DNA of 60,287 bases, filler included. It is 4 parts of 4 records of this genome, joined end to end, with 100 filler letters (N's around TTAATTAATTAA, not from the genome) between each part and the next. Parts side by side here need not be neighbours in the genome. Positions count along the whole stretch, not along the records: positions 9,103 to 16,468 come from SRR20825019_1956; positions 16,569 to 42,701 come from SRR20825019_1959; 2 more parts are not named here. One strand, written 5' to 3'. Position 1 is the first letter of the stretch. Each line of letters starts with the position of its first letter. Position numbers and translations under genes: made by a program. Below the pieces are notes generated by a model. That model saw only the letters and a list, made by a program, of their open reading frames with translations. It had not been told where the DNA came from and ran no database searches. Shown here piece after piece: positions 9,103 to 17,770 of this stretch.

Positions 9103-9426
9103 GAGCCGCTCGGCATCCGGGTGCGCATCGTCCAGCCGGGGATGATCAGGACAGATTTCGGCGGCCGGTCCTTCGACTTCGCGATGGAGGAAACGCTCGC
9201 GGACTATGCCCCGACCGCCGCGGCGATGGGCCGGTTGTTCGGCAAGCTCGCCACGAACCCTTCGCCCCCGGAGGTCGTCGCCGAGGTGATCTGGCACGCC
9301 GTCAACCACACAGGAGACCGCCTGCGATTTCGCGCAGGCCCCGATGCCGAGGCTTTGCTGGACGAGCGAAAGGCCCGGGACGACGCCACGTTCATCGGCG
9401 GGATCAAGGCCAAGATGGAAACTTGA
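9103..9426 (+). CDS. short-chain dehydrogenase/reductase, 3' part only
   Basis: EPLGIRVRIVQPGMIRTDFGG...PEVVAEVIWHA...LRFRAGPDA, a typical SDR C-terminus. Confidence 0.8.
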   Translation, partial: EPLGIRVRIVQPGMIRTDFGGRSFDFAMEETLADYAPTAAAMGRLFGKLATNPSPPEVVAEVIWHAVNHTGDRLRFRAGPDAEALLDERKARDDATFIGGIKAKMET

Positions 9427-9440
9427 CGTCCAAGGGGCCA

Positions 9441-10322
9441 TCAACCGATGAAATCCGCCCGCCGTTCCAGCAGGCTCTCGTAGAGGAAATCGACAAACAG
9501 CCTGACCCGATGCACCCGCCGCAGATCGCCGTGCATCAGCACCCAGGTCGAGCGGCTCTGGTCGAGGTCGGTTCCTGGCACCCGTTGCAACTCGGGAAAG
9601 ACGCTTTGCACCCAGGCCGCCAGAAAGGTCATGCCGGCACCGGCCCGGGCGAGGTGCATGTGCATCGCCGGATCGGCAATGGCATGGCGTACCGTTGCCC
9701 GCGGAAAAGGCGAGGCCGCGATCATGGCCTGCAACTCCGGCACCTCGCCGTAGCCAAGCCAGGTCAGCCCCTCGCCGCGCGGCCCAGCATCGTGCAGATG
9801 CCTGTCGATGTAGCTGCGCGAGGCGCAGACACCCAGCGACAACGGAAACAGCTTGCGCCCCACGGCGTCGCCGGTGAGGTCGCGGACATGGCGGATGGAT
9901 ACGTCGGTTTCCAGCCTTTCGATCGAGTCGATGGCGTAGGACAGATTCATGTCGATGTGGATGTCGGGATAGAGCGACAGGAACTCGCCCAGAACCGGCG
10001 CCAGCAGGAAATGCGCCGTCATCGGGTCGGCCGACAGCCGGATGCGGCCCGCCGCTTCGCTGTCGAGCCCGCGGACGGCGTTGAACCCCTGACGCAGGGC
10101 CGCTTCCGCCTCGAGCGCCTGAGGCAGCAGCTTGCGGCCCGCCGCCGACAGTTCCAGCCCGCCTGCGCTGCGCCGGAACAGCTGGACACCCAGTTGCGCT
10201 TCCAGCCCTTCGACCTGCCGACGCAGGGTCGCATGGGTGCCGCCGGTCTGCTCGGCCGCCCCGCGCAAAGAGCCCGCCCGCGCGACGGCCAGAAAGGCCG
10301 GGAGAGATTTCCAATCCACCAT
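9441..10322 (-). CDS. LysR-family transcriptional regulator
   Basis: DWKSLPAFLAVARAGSLRGAA HTH, LEAQLGVQLFRR, substrate-binding domain; divergent from an oxidoreductase. Confidence 0.9.
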   Translation of the reverse strand: MVDWKSLPAFLAVARAGSLRGAAEQTGGTHATLRRQVEGLEAQLGVQLFRRSAGGLELSAAGRKLLPQALEAEAALRQGFNAVRGLDSEAAGRIRLSADPMTAHFLLAPVLGEFLSLYPDIHIDMNLSYAIDSIERLETDVSIRHVRDLTGDAVGRKLFPLSLGVCASRSYIDRHLHDAGPRGEGLTWLGYGEVPELQAMIAASPFPRATVRHAIADPAMHMHLARAGAGMTFLAAWVQSVFPELQRVPGTDLDQSRSTWVLMHGDLRRVHRVRLFVDFLYESLLERRADFIG

Positions 10323-10419
10323 GCGGAACGATTATGAACCACACTGGTGCAGCTTCGGCAATATGCGGTGAATATCCGGTCCGATAGGCGTTGGGCAATC
10401 GAACTGGAAGGAGCACCTC

Positions 10420-11400
10420 ATGACTGCCACTCTCACCGCCTGGAGCATTGAACGCTATGGTCCACCCGAGGTCCTGAACCCCGTGACCCGCCCGATTCCA
10501 GCGCCTGGACCCAGCGAAGTCCTGATCCGTATCCGCGCCTCGGCCGTGACCCGGGCCGACGGCATGATGCGCGCCGGACGGCCGCTCTTTGCGCGACCGT
10601 TCCTCGGCCTGCGCCGCCCGCGCCGGAATCTGTCAGGCACCGGGCTGTCGGGCGAGGTGATTGCGGTGGGTGACCGGGTCAGCCGGTTCGCGGTGGGCGA
10701 TGCGATCTTCGGCGAGGCAGGGCTCAGGTTCGGGGCCAATGCCAGCCATATCTGCCTCGACGAGGGCGGCGTGCTGATGAAGAAGCCCGCGGCGCTGTCG
10801 CATGAGGAGGCCGCAGTGATGTGTGACGGTCCCCTGACCTCGCACCATTTCCTGCACGAGGTCACGCAGCTGCAACCGGGACAGCGTATCCTGATCCTTG
10901 GCGGGTCAGGCAGTCTCGGCACGGCGGCGGTGCAGATCGCCAAGGCGGCCCGGGCCCATGTCACCGCAACCTGCAGCACGCGAAACTCCGCCCTCGTTAC
11001 GGGGCTCGGGGCGGAGCGGGTCATCGACTATACCCAGGAGGATTTCTCCGTTCTGCCAGAGAGCTACGATGTGATCTTCGACACGCTCGGCATCAGCTCC
11101 TTCGCTGCGGCCAAGGCCCGGCTGACGGATACCGGCCGCTATCTCTGCCCCGTGCTGACGCTGCCGCTGCTGGGCGCGATGCTGCGCAGCCGCCTGAACG
11201 GCGGGCGCCGCGCCCTGTTCAGCGCCGCTGGCCTTCAGGCGCCAGAGATCCTGCGCGCCCACCTCGAACGCCTTTTGGCAATGGTGGAGGCCGGAACCTT
11301 GTCCCCGGTGCTCGACCGCGTCTATCCACTGACCGATCTGATCGAGGCACATCGCCACATGGAAACGGGGCACAAGCGCGGCAACGTGGTCGTCGTTTGA
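10420..11400 (+). CDS. NAD(P)-dependent medium-chain oxidoreductase (quinone reductase / alcohol dehydrogenase-like)
   Basis: GGAG RBS; YGPPEVL, GGSGSLGTAAVQIA Rossmann motif, GHKRGNVVV end. Confidence 0.88.
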   Translation: MTATLTAWSIERYGPPEVLNPVTRPIPAPGPSEVLIRIRASAVTRADGMMRAGRPLFARPFLGLRRPRRNLSGTGLSGEVIAVGDRVSRFAVGDAIFGEAGLRFGANASHICLDEGGVLMKKPAALSHEEAAVMCDGPLTSHHFLHEVTQLQPGQRILILGGSGSLGTAAVQIAKAARAHVTATCSTRNSALVTGLGAERVIDYTQEDFSVLPESYDVIFDTLGISSFAAAKARLTDTGRYLCPVLTLPLLGAMLRSRLNGGRRALFSAAGLQAPEILRAHLERLLAMVEAGTLSPVLDRVYPLTDLIEAHRHMETGHKRGNVVVV

Positions 11401-11559
11401 CTTTCGCGGCGCGTTCCCTCGACGACGGGTCGGCTGTTCCGGTCCCTGCGGAAACGCCGGAAATCCTCGTGCATCGGAGCCCATGCGACCGGGGACCACA
11501 ATGGCAGCAGGATCGTCATCCCTGCGGCTCGACTTGCCTCTCGTTTACTTTCCCTTTGG

Positions 11560-11900
11560 CGTCGCGATAGTGGCCCCCCATCCGGCTCGTGTGACCCGGA
11601 TCATCAACCTGGCGGTGCCTTACGAGCCCAGCCCTCCAGTCCCCTGGAACGGGTTCATGGGCAGCGTACTCGGACCAGACAAGGATATCGTTCACCGCAA
11701 CCGTCGGCCCGGTGTCGCGGCCTCTGTGCTGGATGCCCACGCCGATCGCTTCCTGTGCAACCCGTTCCTCAAGTAGCTGCCGCTTGCGCCGCCCGCGGGC
11801 GATCCCACGCTGAGCGGCGACGATCTTGCCGTCTCCAATGCAGCCTCGACGGCGGCAACTGGATCCGGCAGGAGAAGGCCGACGAGACCACTGGGGAACC
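11560..11900 (+). pseudogene. alpha/beta-fold epoxide hydrolase remnant
   Basis: Disjoint frames give HPARVTRIINLAVPY...PGVAASVLDAHADRFLCN and SLDGGNWIRQEKADET (a degenerate CGHWIQQE catalytic-His motif). Boundaries approximate. Confidence 0.55.
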
Positions 11901-12038
11901 TGAACTGGCTTGTGGTTCGGCAGGCGGCCCAAGCGGCGGTCACGGACCTTCGGCCGGTGGGGACGCAATCCGTTCGCGCCTTGCCGTGACCGTGGTAGGG
12001 TCGAAGGGCATGCGACCCGCAAGGAACGACCGAGAAAA

Positions 12039-12926
12039 ATGGACAAGCTTTCCGTCATGCACGCCTTCCGCCGCATCGTCGATCGCGGCAGCTTCGCGCG
12101 CGCAGCGGAGGATCTTTGCGTGTCGCCCGCGCTTCTGAGCCGCGAGATCAAGTTGCTCGAAGAGAGTCTCAGCACGACACTTCTCACCCGCACGACGCGG
12201 TCCATGTCGCTCACCGATGCCGGGCGGCTCTATTATGACGAGGCGACCGGCATTCTGGATGCCGTTGCCGGGGTCGAGGCGCGCATCCGCGACGGCGCCG
12301 GGGCGGTGCGGGGTCACCTGAAGGTTAATGCCTCAAGCTCGTTCGGGCAGACGGTGATCGCGCCGATCCTGCCGACGTTTCTGGACGCCTATCCCGATCT
12401 TCGTCTCACCCTGTCCCTGGATGACCGGGTGGTGGACATGGTCGAGGGAGGGTTCGATGTTTCGATCCGCATTCGGCCTGCCATGCCGGACTCGGCGCTG
12501 GTGGCGCACAGGATCGGGACGATGCGGCAGCGGATCTTCGCGGCGCCCGCCTATCTGGAAAGCGCGGGCGTGCCGATTGTCCCGCAGGACATCGCCCGGC
12601 ACCGGGTGATCGGCTTCCTGCTTGCGGACCACCTGACCTCTTGGGCGCTGACTGGCCCTTCCGGCACAGTCACGATAGACCTCGATCCGCCGGTTCGTGT
12701 CGGCAACAGCCTCGTGCTGCGCGACCTCCTGATCGCGGGCCAGGGCATCGGCACCTTGCCGGACTTCGTCTCGAACGAGGCCGAGGCGCAGGGCGCGCTG
12801 GTCCGCGTCCTGCCCGGTTGGGAGCTTCCCGCGCCGGAGATCTTTGCCGTGACGGCCTCGCGGCTGGGGATGGACGCGAAGGTCACGGCCTTCCTCGACC
12901 ACCTGCGCGCGGCGCTGCGGTCCTGA
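12039..12926 (+). CDS. LysR-family transcriptional regulator (CrgA/DmlR-like)
   Basis: MDKLSVMHAFRRIVDRGSFARAA, LLTRTTRSMSLTDAG, VDMVEGGFDVSIR. Confidence 0.92.
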   Translation: MDKLSVMHAFRRIVDRGSFARAAEDLCVSPALLSREIKLLEESLSTTLLTRTTRSMSLTDAGRLYYDEATGILDAVAGVEARIRDGAGAVRGHLKVNASSSFGQTVIAPILPTFLDAYPDLRLTLSLDDRVVDMVEGGFDVSIRIRPAMPDSALVAHRIGTMRQRIFAAPAYLESAGVPIVPQDIARHRVIGFLLADHLTSWALTGPSGTVTIDLDPPVRVGNSLVLRDLLIAGQGIGTLPDFVSNEAEAQGALVRVLPGWELPAPEIFAVTASRLGMDAKVTAFLDHLRAALRS

Positions 12927-12927
12927 C

Positions 12928-12950
12928 ATTCTTCAGCTTGCGTAAAGAAT
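12928..12950. promoter_or_regulatory. LysR-type binding site ATTCTT-N11-AAGAAT upstream of wrbA
   Basis: Inverted 6-bp arms containing T-N11-A, immediately after the lysR stop. Confidence 0.6.
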
Positions 12951-13033
12951 GAAGTGACAGTCGGCGGGTTATTCCGGCCCGGCCGATCCCCGATCCTCGC
13001 AGGCATCGAAACCCGAAGCCCCGAGAGGATCCC

Positions 13034-13657
13034 ATGACCCGCGTGCTCGTTCTTTACTATTCCAGCTATGGCCATGTCCGTGCCCTTGCGCAGGCCGAAG
13101 CCGAAGGCGCGCGCAGCGTGCCCGGCACCCATGTCGACCTGCGTCGCGTGCCTGAAACTGTTCCCGAGGAAATCCGGCAGAAGGCTGGCTTCGTGGCGGA
13201 TGACACGCCCGTTGCCGCACCGGGCGATCTGGAGGCTTACGACGCCATCATCTTCGGCACGCCGACGCTGTTCGGCATGATGGCCGGGCAGATGAAGTCC
13301 TTTCTCGACCAGGCCGGTGGCCTCTGGGCGCGGAACGCGCTGGTGGGCAAGATCGCAGGCGTCTTCGCCTCCACCGGCTCGCAGCATGGCGGCCACGAGG
13401 CGACGCTGCTGTCGACCCAGATCCCGCTGCAGCATTTCGGGATGCTGATCGCGGGCATGCCCTATACCTTCGCCGGTCAGACGACGGCCGAGGGGATCGT
13501 CGGCGGCGCGCCCTATGGCGCGGGCACCATCGCCGGGGCCGACGGTTCCCGTGCGCCCAGCGCGACCGACCTGGCCGGCGCGCGGTTCCAGGGCGCGCAT
13601 GTCGCCCGGATCGCCGCGCGGCTGGCTGGGGTTGCCCTGACCGAGGAGGCCGCGTGA
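13034..13657 (+). CDS. wrbA: NAD(P)H:quinone oxidoreductase WrbA
   Basis: [49 protein letters not shown] and ARFQG signatures. Confidence 0.93.
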   Translation: MTRVLVLYYSSYGHVRALAQAEAEGARSVPGTHVDLRRVPETVPEEIRQKAGFVADDTPVAAPGDLEAYDAIIFGTPTLFGMMAGQMKSFLDQAGGLWARNALVGKIAGVFASTGSQHGGHEATLLSTQIPLQHFGMLIAGMPYTFAGQTTAEGIVGGAPYGAGTIAGADGSRAPSATDLAGARFQGAHVARIAARLAGVALTEEAA

Positions 13658-14295
13658 TGGCTTCCCTCACCGTCGACTTCTTCCACGACGTCGTCTGTTG
13701 CTTGTGCTTCAACGTCTCGTCGCGGATGCGGGCGCTTGCCGCCGAGTTCGACCTCGACATCCGGCACCGCACTTTCGTCCTGCAAGCCAGCCGCGCCGAG
13801 ATGGCCACCCGCTGGGGCGGGCCCGAGGACGCCCGCGAGACCATCCTCAGGCACTGGGCGGTCTGCCGGCAGGTCAGCGACCGGCCGGACCTCGTTGATA
13901 TTGAGGCGATGCGCGCGGCGCCGTTCGAGTATCCCCACGGGCTGACCGCCGCGCTGGGATGCAAGGCGGCGGAGCGGCTTGGCGGACAGGCTGCGCACTG
14001 GGACATGTTTGACCGCCTGCAGCGCGCACATCTGACCGAGGCGCGCAACGTCGCCGACCCGGCAACCGTGCTGCACGCTGCCCGGGCCCTGGGTTTCGAG
14101 GGTGCTGCATTCGCCGATGCTCTCGAAGCTCCGGAAACCCTTTGTGCCGTCGAGGACGACCGCCAACACGCCCGCGCCCTCCAGGTCCGGTCCATTCCGG
14201 CCCTCATCGTCCGCGAGACCGGCGCCCGGCTCGTCAACGGACCGCGCGAGGATCTGGCTGCGCAACTGCGCGCCGCCCTCCGCCTCGTCGCCTGA
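13657..14295 (+). CDS. DsbA/FrnE-like thiol oxidoreductase
   Basis: FFHDVVCCLCF CxxC motif and cis-Pro motif VRSIPAL; start overlaps the wrbA stop. Confidence 0.82.
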   Translation: MASLTVDFFHDVVCCLCFNVSSRMRALAAEFDLDIRHRTFVLQASRAEMATRWGGPEDARETILRHWAVCRQVSDRPDLVDIEAMRAAPFEYPHGLTAALGCKAAERLGGQAAHWDMFDRLQRAHLTEARNVADPATVLHAARALGFEGAAFADALEAPETLCAVEDDRQHARALQVRSIPALIVRETGARLVNGPREDLAAQLRAALRLVA

Positions 14296-14408
14296 AAGGA
14301 AATGCCATGACGCTCCGGTTCCTCCGCACTGCAGCCCGAGGCTGCCACCGCATCCCGCGCTTGCCCGTCCATCCGCTTTCGCAAGCACCTGCCAGAGGAG
14401 ATACAGCC

Positions 14409-15284
14409 ATGTCCCGCACCACCGACATCCTTCTGACAGCGCTCGCCCCGGCGGTCTGGGGAAGCACTTATCTCGTCACGACCGAGGCGCTGCCTGCGGG
14501 ATATCCCGTGACCCTTGCCGCGCTCAGGGCCTTGCCAGCGGGATTGTTCTTGCTTGCTGTCACGCGTTGCCTGCCACCCCGTGCCTGGCTCGGTCGCGTC
14601 TTCCTGCTGGGCAGTTTCAACTTCGCGCTGTTCTGGGCGCTGCTGTTCGTCGCGGCCTACAGGCTTCCCGGCGGGGTGGCGGCCACACTCGGGTCGCTTC
14701 AGGCCATGATGGTCATCCTGATGGCGCGTGGATGGCTCGGCACGCCAATTCGGGCAGGAGCGGTTGCCGCGGCAGCCACCGGCGTTCTGGGCGTGGCGCT
14801 GCTGCTGATCGGTCCCGACGCCGCACTGGACCCGGTGGGCATTGCCGCCGGGCTGGGTGGCGCTGCGTCCATGGCGGCGGGCACGGTTCTCAGCCGCAGA
14901 TGGCAGCCGCCGGTATCCGCCCTCAGCTTCACGGCGTGGCAGCTGACTGCCGGGGGGTTGATCCTGTTGCCGCTGGCGCTGATGATGGAGCCCGCGTTGC
15001 CGCCACTCACGGCGACGAACCTGGCCGGGTTGGTCTGGCTCGGGCTCATCGGGGCCGCTGCCACCTATGCGCTCTGGTTCCGGGGCGTCGCCCGGATCGA
15101 GCCCGGCGCGGTCTCGATGCTGGGCATGATGAGCCCAGTGACGGCCGTGGCTCTCGGCTGGGTCGTACTGGGTCAGTCACTGTCCCTGCCGCAGGGGCTC
15201 GGCGCGCTGATCGTCCTTGGCTCGGTCTGGGCAGGTCAACGGACGAACCAAGCGCCCGGATCTGCTGCACCGCGTCCCGCTTGA
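14409..15284 (+). CDS. EamA/DMT exporter, PecM-like
   Basis: GAGGAG RBS; LTALAPAVWGSTYLVTTEALP...LRALPAG, AYRLPGGVAAT. Confidence 0.88.
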   Translation: MSRTTDILLTALAPAVWGSTYLVTTEALPAGYPVTLAALRALPAGLFLLAVTRCLPPRAWLGRVFLLGSFNFALFWALLFVAAYRLPGGVAATLGSLQAMMVILMARGWLGTPIRAGAVAAAATGVLGVALLLIGPDAALDPVGIAAGLGGAASMAAGTVLSRRWQPPVSALSFTAWQLTAGGLILLPLALMMEPALPPLTATNLAGLVWLGLIGAAATYALWFRGVARIEPGAVSMLGMMSPVTAVALGWVVLGQSLSLPQGLGALIVLGSVWAGQRTNQAPGSAAPRPA

Positions 15285-15907
15285 ACGCGTCGCCGCAGTT
15301 GATCGACCCCCTCTCAGCCCCCTGGGACCCAAGGGAGGGGGCAGTGCGTCCACAAATCCAGGGGCTATTCAGTCTGTAGCAGCAACGGTCATCGGCGCCA
15401 GCGCGAACGGACGACTTCTCTGGATGCTTACGGATGGACGCACGTAAGCGGACTCGAAGACGGGCCAGGACGTATCGAACGGAACTTCGAGCTGACAATC
15501 ACGAAAGAATGCACCCAGGGTTCGATATTTGTCCCATAGCGGCGCATGCCCCTGAAATCGAAGTGATTTGCCGCGTCAATCAACAATCGTCACATTTTCA
15601 GAGACTTGGATTGAGTTCACCGGATCCGTGCAGGCAACAGGCTAGGATAATATGGGTCCGGAGAGAAGGCGTGTGCGCCCTTAGGGGGGCGGAGAACAGA
15701 TTTTCATGCATAACCCCGAATACGACAGAAAAATCCGGCCGCGGCCGGATCGTGAGAACGCTTTCGCGTGGAGCTAATGGTGGAGGGGATGGGACTGACG
15801 TCCAACCCTTTCCAGTTAAAGTCTTTGATATTAAACGATTACGTGGATAGTTCGCACGTCCCACCTAATCTGTCCGTCAGGCGGCACTTCTGCTCGGTCA
15901 TCCTGGC

Positions 15908-16387
15908 TTAGTCTGCCTGCGACATGCGTTGTTGATAGCTGCGCTCGCGCTCTGGCCAGGTGCTCTTGATATAGTCGAGAACGGCACGGATCTCCTCATC
16001 GCTCAGCAGGTCTGCGAAGCCGGGCATGTCGCTCTCGTATCCACCACCGACGATGGCGGCGGTGCCTTCCTTGACGATCCGGAACAGGATCTCGTCGGAA
16101 TGGTGCCATGTGTGGCCGCTCTCGTCGTGCGGCGGTGCGGGCAATCGGCCGGATGCAAGCGGCCTGCGCCAGTCGGGCTGGCCCTCCCGGTCCGTGCCGT
16201 GGCAGGCGGCGCATTGATCGGCATAGATCTGGCGTCCTTGCGCGATGATCTCCGCCGACGCCACGGCGGTGGATGCGGTATCGGCATATCGCCAGCCGGC
16301 AAAGACCGCGAGGATCACACTTCCCACCACCAGACCGATCCCGACAGTATTCCGGAGAGTTCTTTCCAAGACGTCTGTCCCGATCAC
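15908..16387 (-). CDS. membrane-anchored class I cytochrome c
   Basis: CAACH heme motif, PAPPHDESGHTWHH, distal Met in SDMPGF; N-terminal TM segment. Start uncertain. Confidence 0.88.
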   Translation of the reverse strand: MIGTDVLERTLRNTVGIGLVVGSVILAVFAGWRYADTASTAVASAEIIAQGRQIYADQCAACHGTDREGQPDWRRPLASGRLPAPPHDESGHTWHHSDEILFRIVKEGTAAIVGGGYESDMPGFADLLSDEEIRAVLDYIKSTWPERERSYQQRMSQAD

Positions 16388-16468
16388 TGCAGACTATCAT
16401 TCGCGTTTGGTCGATACCACTTTCTGCCCGCGGCGAGACGCCTGCGACAATGGACATTCTCGTGAGCA

Positions 16469-16568
16469 NNNNNNNNNNNNNNNNNNNNNNNNNNNNNNNN
16501 NNNNNNNNNNNNTTAATTAATTAANNNNNNNNNNNNNNNNNNNNNNNNNNNNNNNNNNNNNNNNNNNN
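16469..16568. other. artificial contig spacer
   Basis: 44N-TTAATTAATTAA-44N. Confidence 0.98.
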
Positions 16569-16854
16569 TCGCAGGAGGCAGGAGGCGCTGGCGCCCCCGC
16601 CCCTCCCCCCCCCCGGCAATCATGCCCATCCGGCAATGGCCCACTACCGCCCCGACGAGTGAGCCCGGCTGCTCACCAGTGCCGCCAATGGACATTGGAG
16701 AGCCTCAGTGCTCCGATCCGATGGTTCGGTGTTGGAAACTTGCCGCTCCTTTGCCGACCGGCCGATTTCGGCGCAAGGAGTTGTGGCTGTTTGCATCCAG
16801 GAGGACACTATCACTGCGCAACTGTCAGTAAAGGAGTCTACCATACGAGCAGCG

Positions 16855-16864
16855 TATATAAATA
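16855..16864 (+). promoter_or_regulatory. TATA box candidate for msrB
   Basis: TATATAAATA about 40 nt before ATG 16896; CCAAT and ATTGG near 16685-16700. Confidence 0.45.
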
Positions 16865-16895
16865 CCCGCCGCAACTGCCATCCCTGAAAGAAGAG

Positions 16896-17618
16896 ATGAC
16901 TAACAGAGCAACTCAAAGGCTTGCTTCACTGTAAGTGCAAGTAGTATGAACAGTTCTCATGTACTTAAGAGTGTGGTGCGATCAGGTTACAAACTTCAGG
17001 TTTACTCTCTGTAACTTCACGACAACCTTCACATCAAGTCCTTCGCCCAACACTAATTAGACCTTTCTTTACCATGGGTTCTAGTGATTCCAAGACCATT
17101 GACAACAGCAGTGAAAGTATGACCATCTCTCGGACTAGAGATAACCCCAGGCTTACGTTTTAAACTTCAGATTTCAAAAATATCAAGAGAGTTAAGAAGA
17201 CTGAGCAGGAGTGGAAGTCCGTGCTCACCAAAGAGGAGTTTTACGTGTGTAGGAAAGCAGGCACGGAGCGTGCATTCACAGGAAAATACCATGACTGCAA
17301 GACGAAAGGGACCTACGTGTGCACTTGCTGCGACCATCCACTATTCAGCTCGTCCACAAAGTTCAACAGTGGGACCGGTTGGCCGTCATACTTCGCTCCC
17401 TATGCTGATGACAGTATAAAGACAAAGGCGGACTACAGCTTCGGAAAGCGTATTGAGGTCTTGTGTGCGAAGGTGAGGATGCTCGACGCCACAGATAGTG
17501 TAGCTCACAGTAGTTGCAGTGTGATTCCCACCTGGGCCACGTATTCGATGACGGACCGATGCCTACTGGGAAGCGCTTTTGCATCAACTCAGTTTCTCTC
17601 AAACTCCGTGCCGAGTAG
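16896..17618 (+). CDS. msrB: eukaryotic peptide-methionine (R)-S-oxide reductase MsrB, 4 exons
   Basis: Exons 16896-16930, 16986-17116, 17171-17472 and 17520-17618 splice in frame through GT-AG introns of 55, 54 and 47 nt. [36 protein letters not shown]. Confidence 0.92.
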
Positions 17619-17770
17619 AACTAGGGTTCCTCCTTATACCTTAGAGATCATATACGGAGATCATCTTTTGTACCCTATATCAATGAAGTAGCCATTGTCT
17701 ATGTTATCTATGGTGCCCTATTTGCTGAGGAACTGGAAACGCCCCACATTGGTAGTATGGACTGCAAATT

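Noticed and set aside
17520-17618. Selenocysteine MsrB
   Set aside because: The catalytic residue is TGC (RFCINS) and there is no in-frame TGA.
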